IMG/VR virus record: IMGVR_UViG_3300025133_000055
Location: 1-64,000 of that record
Reading direction: 5' to 3' (one strand)
Source: a virus
Length of the DNA stretch: 64,000 nucleotides
Shown: positions 47,593 to 55,822 of the stretch, piece after piece
How positions within the stretch are numbered: the stretch's first letter is position 1
Layout: every line of letters starts with the position of its first letter
Made by a program: the position numbers and the translations under genes
Notes under the pieces: generated by a model
What the model was told of the DNA's origin: nothing
What the model saw: only the letters and a program-made list of their open reading frames with translations
Database searches by the model: none

Positions 47593-48369
47593 ATGTCTAT
47601 TCGCCGTCCAAATTCTGCCCATAAAAGAACCGTCCGTTGCTCATTTTGCTATGAGAGAGGACATAACAAGTCATCCTGTCCAAAATACGCCGCGAAAATA
47701 GAGGATTTTCGTACTAAATACGGTGATGACCATTATGATGTCCGCCGCTTTGACGCGAAGAAAGCCAGAAGACACGCGAAGGCCAAGGATCGCAAGTGCT
47801 CATATTGCGACGGGAAAGGCCACAATCGCGCGACCTGTCCTGAACTACTCAGCCACATTCGCGAAAGTCAGGCTAAAACCGCCTCTTTCCGCAAGTCGAT
47901 GCTCGCGCGAATGAAGGCGCTGGGAATTGGTGTTGGGACTGTTTTGTCAACGGATAGGTTTATGGGTCGCACCAATAAGGATGATTATGAATCTGCGCGC
48001 TATCGCATCCCGCACGTTATTACACTTATAAACTGGGATAATATCAATCACTTTAATCGAGAATACTCTTATTTTGATGGCAATGCCCCGTGGGTTTCCA
48101 AGCCTTTATGCGAGATCTCGGCACGTTGGAATAGTGAACCGGGCTGGCCCTGGGACGCCGAAATTGTGAAGTTACTTATGGGAGAAGCAAATGCGACAGA
48201 ATGGATTGAAGGAACCCACTGGCGATTCGATCGAAGGATGCAATATTTTTGTGATGTAGAATGCCCGGTACCAACCCCACAGCCGCCCCACAAGTGGCTT
48301 CTCGGGGGAGATCTAAAGTATTGGAAAGGGATTTATAAGAAAACAAAATCCTATTCAGGGGCTTTGTAA
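47593..48369 (+). CDS. double zinc-knuckle (CCHC) protein
   Basis: CSFCYERGHNKSSC and CSYCDGKGHNRATC (CX2CX4HX4C). Confidence 0.8.
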   Translation: MSIRRPNSAHKRTVRCSFCYERGHNKSSCPKYAAKIEDFRTKYGDDHYDVRRFDAKKARRHAKAKDRKCSYCDGKGHNRATCPELLSHIRESQAKTASFRKSMLARMKALGIGVGTVLSTDRFMGRTNKDDYESARYRIPHVITLINWDNINHFNREYSYFDGNAPWVSKPLCEISARWNSEPGWPWDAEIVKLLMGEANATEWIEGTHWRFDRRMQYFCDVECPVPTPQPPHKWLLGGDLKYWKGIYKKTKSYSGAL

Positions 48370-48383
48370 GCCTCTTTTCACCC

Positions 48384-48438
48384 TTGACATTCTCTTGACA
48401 ACTTTCTTATTGACCTAAGCCAAAATATCGTGTATAAT
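48384..48438 (+). promoter_or_regulatory. triple-TTGACA early promoter 5
   Basis: TTGACA-N5-TTGACA-N9-TTGACC-N17-TATAAT. Confidence 0.85.
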
Positions 48439-48484
48439 GTATACATAACTTGAACCTCTTCCCTACTTATCACTGGAGCCTAAA

Positions 48485-49639
48485 ATGTCCGTCGCCATCA
48501 CATTCTCAAACCTCTCTTCAATGATCCCGGCCCTTTTATCGGGTGACGAAAACAACCTTTATTCCGTTCTTATCCGTGGTCGCCACGGTATCGGCAAATC
48601 GTGGATTGCATACCAGACCGCCGCTGGCCTGACGTGGGATAAGAAGGCCAAAACTACGCGCCCGATTAAGAAGGGCGAAACTCCTCTTCCGGTAGAAGAG
48701 CAGCGCGCATCACAGATGACTGAGGGCGATCTGCTGGGTTTGCCGAGTCCAGAGATGGTTAAGATCAATGGCGAGCTTGCGGCCAACCTGCGCCCATTTG
48801 CTTGGCTTATAAGGGCATGCACGGAGCCGGTTGTGCTTTTCCTCGATGAGATCGATCGAGGCACCACCGAGGTACGTCAGGGATTTTTCCAGCTTGGCGA
48901 TAGCCGTCAAATCAACGGCTGGAAATTGCACCCTGGAACCGTTGTTTTCGGTGCAGTCAACGGCGGCGTTCACGCAGCCCAGTATCAGGTCGCCGATATG
49001 GATCCCGCAGAACTTGATCGCTGGGTTACTTTCGATGTCGAACCTTCTATTGAAGATTGGCTTAACTGGGGCAAAACCGAGGTTCATCCTATCGTATGGG
49101 ACTTTATTAATCAGAATCACGATCATCTGGAGCACAAAGGCGAATTTGAGCCGGGTACCGTATACCCATCACGCCGATCGTGGCACCGCTTGAGTAACAC
49201 ACTCGCTAAGGTCGATATGCTCGACGACGAAAACGCCGATTTAGGCTTGCTTTTCAACCTGAGTCATGGATTTGTCGGCTTTGAAGCTGCGGTTTGCTTC
49301 CGCGACTTCGTTGAGAATTTCGAGCGTCAAGTAACCGTTGAGGATATCTTAGATGATGGCAAGATCGAGAAAACCAAAGATTTTGGCCTAGTTGATCATG
49401 TCGCTTTAATTGAGAAAATGGCAGCACGCGCCGTATTCGCTGCTAAAATTGAGGATCCCCGAATGATCAATTTAGTCGCCTACTTTGATGCACTCCCGGC
49501 TGAGGCTCGAATGAAGTTATTCACAACTTTAACTGAGGACAATAACCAGATCTCAGCGGACAACGGCTCCACATTCCACAGAGAATTAGCTAGACAGGGC
49601 AAGGTTGGAGCATTTATTAAGCTTCTCGGTGGGAAGTAA
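48485..49639 (+). CDS. MoxR-like AAA+ ATPase
   Basis: GRHGIGKS, DLLGLP, LFLDEIDR, DPAELDRW, PSRRSW. Confidence 0.85.
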   Translation: MSVAITFSNLSSMIPALLSGDENNLYSVLIRGRHGIGKSWIAYQTAAGLTWDKKAKTTRPIKKGETPLPVEEQRASQMTEGDLLGLPSPEMVKINGELAANLRPFAWLIRACTEPVVLFLDEIDRGTTEVRQGFFQLGDSRQINGWKLHPGTVVFGAVNGGVHAAQYQVADMDPAELDRWVTFDVEPSIEDWLNWGKTEVHPIVWDFINQNHDHLEHKGEFEPGTVYPSRRSWHRLSNTLAKVDMLDDENADLGLLFNLSHGFVGFEAAVCFRDFVENFERQVTVEDILDDGKIEKTKDFGLVDHVALIEKMAARAVFAAKIEDPRMINLVAYFDALPAEARMKLFTTLTEDNNQISADNGSTFHRELARQGKVGAFIKLLGGK

Positions 49640-49649
49640 AACACAGGTT

Positions 49650-49673
49650 GAAGGGGGCTTTTTCGCCCCCTTC
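49650..49673 (+). terminator. hairpin after the AAA gene
   Basis: gaagggggc-N6-gcccccttc 9-bp stem; weak U tract. Confidence 0.45.
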
Positions 49674-49679
49674 GGCCTC

Positions 49680-49734
49680 TTGACATTCTTTTGACAATTG
49701 TTTTATAGACAAGTGCACTAAGATCGTGTATAAT
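49680..49734 (+). promoter_or_regulatory. triple-TTGACA early promoter 6
   Basis: TTGACA-N5-TTGACA-N9-TAGACA-N17-TATAAT. Confidence 0.8.
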
Positions 49735-49759
49735 ATATATATAAATCGGAGCTTCCTAC

Positions 49760-51112
49760 ATGACAACTATCGCCACAAAACCCGCTACTGAGGTTCTACC
49801 TTTTAATCTCGATGAACACATTGTTGATCTTTTGAGAGATGAACCCTTTTTTGCCGCTTTATCCCGTCGTATGGATAAGGTACCTTCAACCCGGATCCCT
49901 ACCGCTGGCGTGTGCTTAAATGAGGAACGATGCCGGTTTGAACTGGTTTATAACCCGATCTTCATGGGATCGATCCTTGCACGCGATAGGAAATTCGTTA
50001 AGGGTATTTTGCTCCATGAATTTTATCACATTGTGCTTTTGCATGTCACTACTCGCTTGCCAGATGGTAAAATGTCTAAAAAGTGGAATATTGCAACCGA
50101 TTTAGCGATTAATAGCGATCTTTCAATCTTTGATCACGCCGAGACATCTACAGGCTGGAAAATGGTTAGTACAATATTGCCCGAAGAAGCACTGTTTCCG
50201 ACCGTAGGCCCATTTGCAGAGTTTCCACCGGGATTATCGGCCGAGGAGTATCTTGAAATGCTGCCCGAGGGCGACGACGAAGGCGACGAAGGCGACGAAG
50301 GCGGCGAAGGCGAAGGCTCCGGCGCTGGGAAGGGAAAAGGGCAGAAAGAAAGTGATGAATCCGACGAAGGTGAGGAGGGAAGTGAGGGATCTGGCGATAG
50401 TGACGGTCCCTCCTCACCTTCCGAGGGTCACGGTGACCATTCCAATTGGGGCGACTCTGACGGTACAGATGAAAAACGTAAGATTGCGGAAGAGCGCCTA
50501 AAGGAAAATATTAAAGAGTCTTTCGTTGAGTCGCAATCTAAGGGGTTCGGATCTGTATCGGCTGGCATGCGCCGACAAATTAAAGAAGCGATCACACCTA
50601 AAGTCAATTGGCGTTCTATCCTTCGTTCATTCGTCAAGGCTTCTCAAAGAGCGGATAGAACCTCGACAATTAAGAAATTAAATCGCCGCTATGCCTATAT
50701 CCATCCGGGCCGCAAAGCAAAGCGCCAAGCGAAAATAGCGGTTTCAATTGATCAATCGGGCAGTGTGTCCGATCAAATGCTTGTCGCATTTTACGCCGAG
50801 CTTGAAAAGCTTTCTCAGCTTGCTGAATTCACGGTAATCCCCTTTGATACCGAGGTTGCCGAGGATCATGTTCACGTCTGGAAAAAAGGTGAGCGTCATG
50901 AGAAGGCCCGTTATAGATACGGCGGAACCTGCTTTAATTGCTGCACCAAATGGGTCAACGAACGACAGTTCGATGGTCACATTGTCCTGACTGATATGGA
51001 GGCTCCTAAGCCGGTTCCGAGCAAGTCTCAGCGTATGTGGATGACAACCAAGCGATGCGCCGAGCACCCTTATTTCAAAACCAACGAAAGAGTGATCGCA
51101 ATCGATGATTAA
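49760..51112 (+). CDS. HEXXH metallopeptidase-like + VWA protein (DUF2201 type)
   Basis: LLHEFYH, WNIATDLAIN, acidic linker, DQSGS, GGTCF, LTD. Confidence 0.85.
   Translation: MTTIATKPATEVLPFNLDEHIVDLLRDEPFFAALSRRMDKVPSTRIPTAGVCLNEERCRFELVYNPIFMGSILARDRKFVKGILLHEFYHIVLLHVTTRLPDGKMSKKWNIATDLAINSDLSIFDHAETSTGWKMVSTILPEEALFPTVGPFAEFPPGLSAEEYLEMLPEGDDEGDEGDEGGEGEGSGAGKGKGQKESDESDEGEEGSEGSGDSDGPSSPSEGHGDHSNWGDSDGTDEKRKIAEERLKENIKESFVESQSKGFGSVSAGMRRQIKEAITPKVNWRSILRSFVKASQRADRTSTIKKLNRRYAYIHPGRKAKRQAKIAVSIDQSGSVSDQMLVAFYAELEKLSQLAEFTVIPFDTEVAEDHVHVWKKGERHEKARYRYGGTCFNCCTKWVNERQFDGHIVLTDMEAPKPVPSKSQRMWMTTKRCAEHPYFKTNERVIAIDD
50267..50317 (+). repeat. 9-bp tandem repeat (gaaggcgac) in the acidic linker
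   Basis: Encodes EGDDEGDEGDEGGEGEG. Confidence 0.7.
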
Positions 51113-51371
51113 AGAGTTTAAAACCGAGGAATTGAAGGTAGGTGATATAATATCCCTTCGCGCGGGTTTACAGCCCGCTCCTCTTGATCATTTTACAGAA
51201 TGGTCCAGGCTGGCAATCTTTGAGATTACCAATAGGTTAATTAGAACCGTTATTTTGCTTGATAGGACTGATGGCTTCGCGCCCGGAACCCTTTACAATT
51301 TCCAGATAATCGACTTAGAACGGGCCTTAGAGACAGGCGCCCGTTGGAGGCTTTTGTGCGATTCAAAGTAG
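51105..51371 (+). CDS. beta-barrel-like paralogue
   Basis: LKVGDII...PGTLY...WRLL. Confidence 0.6.
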   Translation: MIKEFKTEELKVGDIISLRAGLQPAPLDHFTEWSRLAIFEITNRLIRTVILLDRTDGFAPGTLYNFQIIDLERALETGARWRLLCDSK

Positions 51372-51589
51372 GCGATTTGGTACTTAATAGGCTGGAATCC
51401 GAGCAGGGCGAAGAGGTAGATTGCGAGGGGATTATCGTCCAGCACTGGCAAACGCCGAGCATGGACGGCCCTGGAACTGTCGATAACGTAGTTTTATACA
51501 TAACTCTCGACCGGTCATGGCCCACACAAACGAATAAAGTAGTTACACACCGGGGTTTCAAAGAATTCCAATGGGAACTAAAACAATGA
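51356..51589 (+). CDS. beta-barrel-like paralogue
   Basis: FKVGDLV...WELK. Confidence 0.6.
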   Translation: MRFKVGDLVLNRLESEQGEEVDCEGIIVQHWQTPSMDGPGTVDNVVLYITLDRSWPTQTNKVVTHRGFKEFQWELKQ

Positions 51590-51641
51590 AGCCCAGGTTT
51601 ATGCAGGTTGAAAGGGGATTCTCGGCTCTATCTACTACAGG

Positions 51642-51902
51642 ATGGAGCACAAATTCAAAAGGGGCGACCTAATACAATATATCAGGACCGAAGCACTTTA
51701 TCTGCTATTGGAGCAAGTGGAACTCACAGAGCTTACCACCAAATATAAGAGGAAGGGAGTCGGTTTTCGCGTGATGGTGATTTATTCAGGTAGAAGCTAC
51801 ACAAAGCAGAGTACAATAACAACAATTTTTATTCCTTTCACTGCACCCTATTATGTAGTTTTAAGCTCGGCTCTCGGCGCCACCCAGGAAAACCGGGCTT
51901 GA
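51642..51902 (+). CDS. beta-barrel-like paralogue
   Basis: FKRGDLIQY. Confidence 0.6.
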   Translation: MEHKFKRGDLIQYIRTEALYLLLEQVELTELTTKYKRKGVGFRVMVIYSGRSYTKQSTITTIFIPFTAPYYVVLSSALGATQENRA

Positions 51903-51951
51903 ACGCCGATTTTTATTCGCCAAATTTTTTTAATCCACTAGGGACAACGAT

Positions 51952-52176
51952 ATGCTAGATTTAAAGCCAGGAATGTTAATTGAAGTCATAAGTCCGGTCC
52001 TTACCGAGGACAACCGCATATGGCACCTCCTCATATTGGAGGAAGAACCCGCACATTGGGTGACTCGCATGGTTTATAATAATACGAAAAAGCCAAAAGA
52101 TTACTTTCGCATCGAGAAATTATATTTAGAAAACAGATCGAGAGCGAATCAACTTAGAATCCTATCCGAAATTTAA
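51952..52176 (+). CDS. beta-barrel-like paralogue
   Basis: LKPGMLIE. Confidence 0.6.
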   Translation: MLDLKPGMLIEVISPVLTEDNRIWHLLILEEEPAHWVTRMVYNNTKKPKDYFRIEKLYLENRSRANQLRILSEI

Positions 52177-52222
52177 TAAATGACAATGAAAGATATATTT
52201 TTCGATACCCCAGAGGCCAAAA

Positions 52223-52573
52223 GTGAATCCTCACATATATGAATATATTTTTAGTCCTGGCGATATTGTAGCTGAAAGCTGGACTTTGCCCGAGAGTGGC
52301 AATATAAAAAGAGAAGAGGTTCTCCGCGTGCTTATCATTGATAAGCGAGATAGATGGTGCGATATGAACGATATCTATTATGTAGAATACCAAACAAGGG
52401 TAGTTTTTGCGCATCCCGATCGGCTTCCGCTCCATCCAGAAGGAAGGGACTTTAAACCCGGTGATACCTGGGTTTTGACGTCTTGGGAAGAGGATAATGT
52501 GAAGAAATGGAATAATGACTGGCGATCGTGGGAAGTCCTGCTTGAATCGGGCTTATCGTGGGAAGGAGAGTAA
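52223..52573 (+). CDS. beta-barrel-like paralogue
   Basis: FSPGDIV...FKPGDTW...WEVL. Confidence 0.6.
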   Translation: MNPHIYEYIFSPGDIVAESWTLPESGNIKREEVLRVLIIDKRDRWCDMNDIYYVEYQTRVVFAHPDRLPLHPEGRDFKPGDTWVLTSWEEDNVKKWNNDWRSWEVLLESGLSWEGE

Positions 52574-52678
52574 AAGTGGGCGTTTGCACCGCGACAATGG
52601 GATACTTTGTCCTATTTCTCTATTTTTCATCGATGGTGACCGCCGTGATTGTCCTCTTGGGAAGGTGGAAATGACGAC

Positions 52679-52733
52679 TTTACAAGCCCTTGACATAATA
52701 AAGATGTACAATAAGCCGCTTACGCGGTATAAT
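52679..52733 (+). promoter_or_regulatory. degenerate triple-hexamer early promoter 7
   Basis: TTTACA-N5-TTGACA-N9-TGTACA-N17-TATAAT, same geometry as promoters 1-6. Confidence 0.65.
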
Positions 52734-52967
52734 ATGTATATGAAATCGAGCACTTCACCACTTTTTACCCTTCCCGCGCGCTTCCTGCTCGTCTGCGCGA
52801 TTATGGAGTTTATAACTTGCTTTCTAAGTCAAACCAAAAATATTGGAGGATTCACCGCCGATGACATTCAGTTTGGCGCGTTATGTTTGGAAGTCGCGCA
52901 CCCATCCCGCAAAAGCCCCTTTAACCTTGCTTTTCACCAAAGCTATCACTTTCAGTCAGAGAGCATT

Positions 52968-53240
52968 ATGTCTTTAAAAACCGACAAATCCACACCCCTT
53001 GAGGCGGCGAATAGCGCCGCTTCATCCTTCGCTATTAACCTGCTCCTTAACACGGCTATCACCGAGACTCTCAAGACCATCGAAAAAATGCGCTTAGAAG
53101 GCCAGGAATTGCTCGGCGAGTTCAAGGCGAGTGAGGGTCCAGCGAAAGAGAAGGTTAAAACTGCCATATCGCTGAACATTCAAGACCGCAAATTCCTGCT
53201 AAAAGCTATTTTTACGAACCCTATCGAAAAGGATGTTTAA
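52968..53240 (+). CDS. hypothetical protein
   Basis: Helical C-terminal part of the 52515 ORF; true start uncertain. Confidence 0.5.
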   Translation: MSLKTDKSTPLEAANSAASSFAINLLLNTAITETLKTIEKMRLEGQELLGEFKASEGPAKEKVKTAISLNIQDRKFLLKAIFTNPIEKDV

Positions 53241-53243
53241 ACC

Positions 53244-53516
53244 ATGAATATCATCAATTACAAAGCAAATCAAACTATAGTCGAGGCCCGAGACGATCAG
53301 GGAAAACCCAGTTTCACGGCCCTTTTATCATATGGCGTACCACAATGCGTTATCCTCCATAAGGAAGGTTTAAACCTGATTAACACAAAGCGGTATTCGA
53401 ATACCACTTCAAAGCACCGCAACGCATACGCGCGCGATATGATGCCTTCTAACTTCACAACCATCGACGCCACTCCCGAAGAGATTCAGGAAATAACTGG
53501 CTTGCAAACCCGATAA
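53244..53516 (+). CDS. conserved phage hypothetical protein
   Basis: LSYG...YSNTTSKH motif. Confidence 0.65.
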   Translation: MNIINYKANQTIVEARDDQGKPSFTALLSYGVPQCVILHKEGLNLINTKRYSNTTSKHRNAYARDMMPSNFTTIDATPEEIQEITGLQTR

Positions 53517-53529
53517 TCCGAGGCTCCAA

Positions 53530-53784
53530 ATGAATAAATTAAATAACAGAAACCAGCCGGGCGATTCATCGCTTTCAACCGTCATAACGAGGGATGAAGC
53601 CATTATCCGGTTTGAAACAGAGCTATTGCCTCTTATTATCGAGGAATTTGAGCAGGATGGAGTACCTGATATTCCCGCTCGATCCGAGGCTTTCAACAAC
53701 TGGACCGATGCTCTATGTAAGGACGGCGAGATCAGCGAGTGGCAATATAATAACTGGACGCACCCAGACTCTTGTGAGTATTAA
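53530..53784 (+). CDS. conserved phage hypothetical protein
   Basis: AFNNWTDALCKDGEIS..QY..W. Confidence 0.65.
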   Translation: MNKLNNRNQPGDSSLSTVITRDEAIIRFETELLPLIIEEFEQDGVPDIPARSEAFNNWTDALCKDGEISEWQYNNWTHPDSCEY

Positions 53785-54060
53785 ATGAGTTCAAACCTTC
53801 TATATCCAGAGGTCGGTGATATTGTGCTTTGTACCCATAAAAATATCAAAGAGGTGGGAAAGTTCATTGTCCTCCAAAAGAAGGTTTATACCAGTGATAT
53901 CGTCTATGCTTGCATGTGCCTATGGTTTGATAATTTCTATAATGCCATTGATGCCGAAAATGCAGGGGAAACCTTTACTATCACCCATAAGGAGATGACT
54001 TTAATATCGGCCTTGGATGAGTATCGGTTCTCCCTTGATTATCGGCCAGAGGAGGGATAA
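53785..54060 (+). CDS. beta-barrel-like paralogue, LDYRP subfamily 1
   Basis: EVGDIV...GKFIVL...LDYRPEEG. Confidence 0.7.
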   Translation: MSSNLLYPEVGDIVLCTHKNIKEVGKFIVLQKKVYTSDIVYACMCLWFDNFYNAIDAENAGETFTITHKEMTLISALDEYRFSLDYRPEEG

Positions 54061-54360
54061 ATGAGTTTGAAAGTCAAAGATATCAAAGTCGGTGATATGC
54101 TAGTTTGCACCACCTCTTCCGAGGCTGCCGTCGAACCCGGCGTTGTAATTGGCAAATTCCTCGTTCTAGCAAAAGAAAGGTCCGAGGCCAACAATAATAA
54201 AAATGATGATAATACAGTTCTAACCTTACATATCATGTATAGGAACCACGAAGGTTCCAAACATGGCCATAAGCAAGGTTCAAACTTCAATATCGCCTTA
54301 GAGTATTTCAACCATGAAGTATACAGGTGGAAACTTGATTATCGTCCAGAGGAGGGATAG
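54061..54360 (+). CDS. beta-barrel-like paralogue, LDYRP subfamily 2
   Basis: KVGDML...GKFLVL...LDYRPEEG. Confidence 0.7.
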   Translation: MSLKVKDIKVGDMLVCTTSSEAAVEPGVVIGKFLVLAKERSEANNNKNDDNTVLTLHIMYRNHEGSKHGHKQGSNFNIALEYFNHEVYRWKLDYRPEEG

Positions 54361-54654
54361 ATGAGTTTCAACCTTGAGGATGCCGCGCCCGGTGATATAC
54401 TAGTTTTGACCTCCAATTGGTCGAACCATTCGCTGAAAGTCGGCGAGCTACTTGGTAAATTCATCGTTGTCTCAAAAGAAAGGTCCGAGGCCAACAATAA
54501 TAATAATCCTCATTCCAAAGGTTTAACCTTGCATATCATCCAGGCCAAAGAGAGTTATCCTCCCCTGAGTAATAACATAGGAAGAAACTGCTCTTTCAGC
54601 TTTGATCAGATGGATGTCCCAATATTGACTTGGAAACTTGATTATCGTCCATAG
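54361..54654 (+). CDS. beta-barrel-like paralogue, LDYRP subfamily 3
   Basis: PGDIL...GKFIVV...LDYRP. Confidence 0.7.
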   Translation: MSFNLEDAAPGDILVLTSNWSNHSLKVGELLGKFIVVSKERSEANNNNNPHSKGLTLHIIQAKESYPPLSNNIGRNCSFSFDQMDVPILTWKLDYRP

Positions 54655-54944
54655 GGGGAAAGAAATGGTTCAAAGTGGGTTATCGTGGGGGGACATCTGA
54701 CCCATAGGAATGGTAGTTTAAAGCCTGCATATGGCTGTTCCCTTATAGGCAAGGGAGAAAGCGGGGAATCATGCTTTGTATTTAGCCCCTTCTAACTAGT
54801 AAATCAACCCCTATATTATCAACAATATTATCCCCTTGCAACCCCCACAATGCCCCGTGATGCCCATATGAATGTGATCCCCCTCTATAGCGAAGGGTGA
54901 ACCACACATATCGCGGACACACTTAAAATAAACCTATGCCCTTG

Positions 54945-55056
54945 ATAAGTCAGCTTTATGCTGGCTTTTTTTTTGTCAAGCATTATTATAACGAATTGAT
55001 ACAATGTTGACAATAAAGTGCTTGACAAGGGAAAAGCCAGCATCAAGCTGGCTTAT
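54945..55056. repeat. inverted repeat 1 (38-bp arms, 33/38)
   Basis: 54945-54982 vs 55019-55056; each arm is itself a terminator-like hairpin. Confidence 0.9.
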
Positions 55057-55384
55057 AGAGAATTGATATAAACTTGACAACTTTGTGCTTGACAGGGGAA
55101 AGCCGGGGTTTAAACTTATATATAAGTTACCAGCCCATATTGAAAGGGGGATCGCCCTAAGAGAAGTTTATAACTGACCTTTCGTTTGTCAAGTATTATT
55201 ATGACGAATTGACATAAGATTGACATTAATTTGCTTGACAGACGAAAGGTCAGTTATAAACTTGGCTATGACGAATTGACATTCAATTGACATTCTCTTG
55301 ACAACTTAGTGCTTGACAGGCTACTAATTACTTTGTAACTCCCTTATGGCGAATTGACATGCATTTGACACAAATCGCTTGACA
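54986..55384 (+). repeat. array of five TTGACA-triplet direct repeats
   Basis: Units at 54986, 55053, 55199, 55266, 55344; consensus TTAT.ACGAA-TTGACA-N5-TTGACA-N6-TGC-TTGACA. Confidence 0.9.
55164..55263. repeat. inverted repeat 2 (30-bp arms, 29/30)
   Basis: 55164-55193 vs 55234-55263. Confidence 0.9.
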
Positions 55385-55452
55385 CAAATTAATAAGTTAC
55401 AACCTGACATATCGACGATCCCAACTGATTTGTCAGGTTTAAAGGGGCATAT

Positions 55453-55475
55453 GGGGGGGGTCCCCCCCTCCCCCC
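55453..55475. other. G8-T-C7-T-C6 homopolymer tract
   Basis: Directly visible; anomalous in an AT-rich genome. Confidence 0.8.
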
Positions 55476-55591
55476 ACCGGCCGGAAAGTACCTTCCTAAC
55501 TGGGATATGGGCCGCCCCGCGCTGATACACCCGCGAGAGAGCGATTCAAAAATTTCCCAGAATAAAAAAACACAGATATGCGATCCCTAAG

Positions 55592-55602
55592 AACTATTTA
55601 TA
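55592..55602 (+). promoter_or_regulatory. putative phage late promoter motif
   Basis: AACTATTTATA. Confidence 0.6.
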
Positions 55603-55621
55603 AGCAAGAGGATCAAGAAGT

Positions 55622-55822
55622 ATGAGTGGATTAGTGACAAAAGAAGAATTAAAAGAGCAATATAGTGCCCCAAAAGAAGAAGGCTTTGAAACCAAAGAAG
55701 AGTATTTAAACGCCAAGATTGCCTGGGTCGCATCGAACCCGGATGAATACCAAGAAATCCTAAATGCGTCAAGCGCAGATGAACTATTAATGCATGAAAA
55801 GAAAAGAGGATCCAAATCATGA
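55622..55822 (+). CDS. hypothetical protein
   Basis: 66-aa ORF with SD. Confidence 0.55.
   Translation: MSGLVTKEELKEQYSAPKEEGFETKEEYLNAKIAWVASNPDEYQEILNASSADELLMHEKKRGSKS

Noticed and set aside
52515-52967. N-terminal 151 aa of the 241-aa ORF
   Set aside because: It overlaps the upstream gene and runs through a promoter; probably a chance open frame.
54655-54900. G-rich then C-rich stretch suggesting a long hairpin
   Set aside because: Only short imperfect complementarities were found by eye; not supportable without folding statistics.
54986-55384. CRISPR array (repeats with 25-nt spacers)
   Set aside because: The repeats are degenerate internally and irregularly spaced, the spacers are mirrored locally as inverted repeats, and no cas genes are present.
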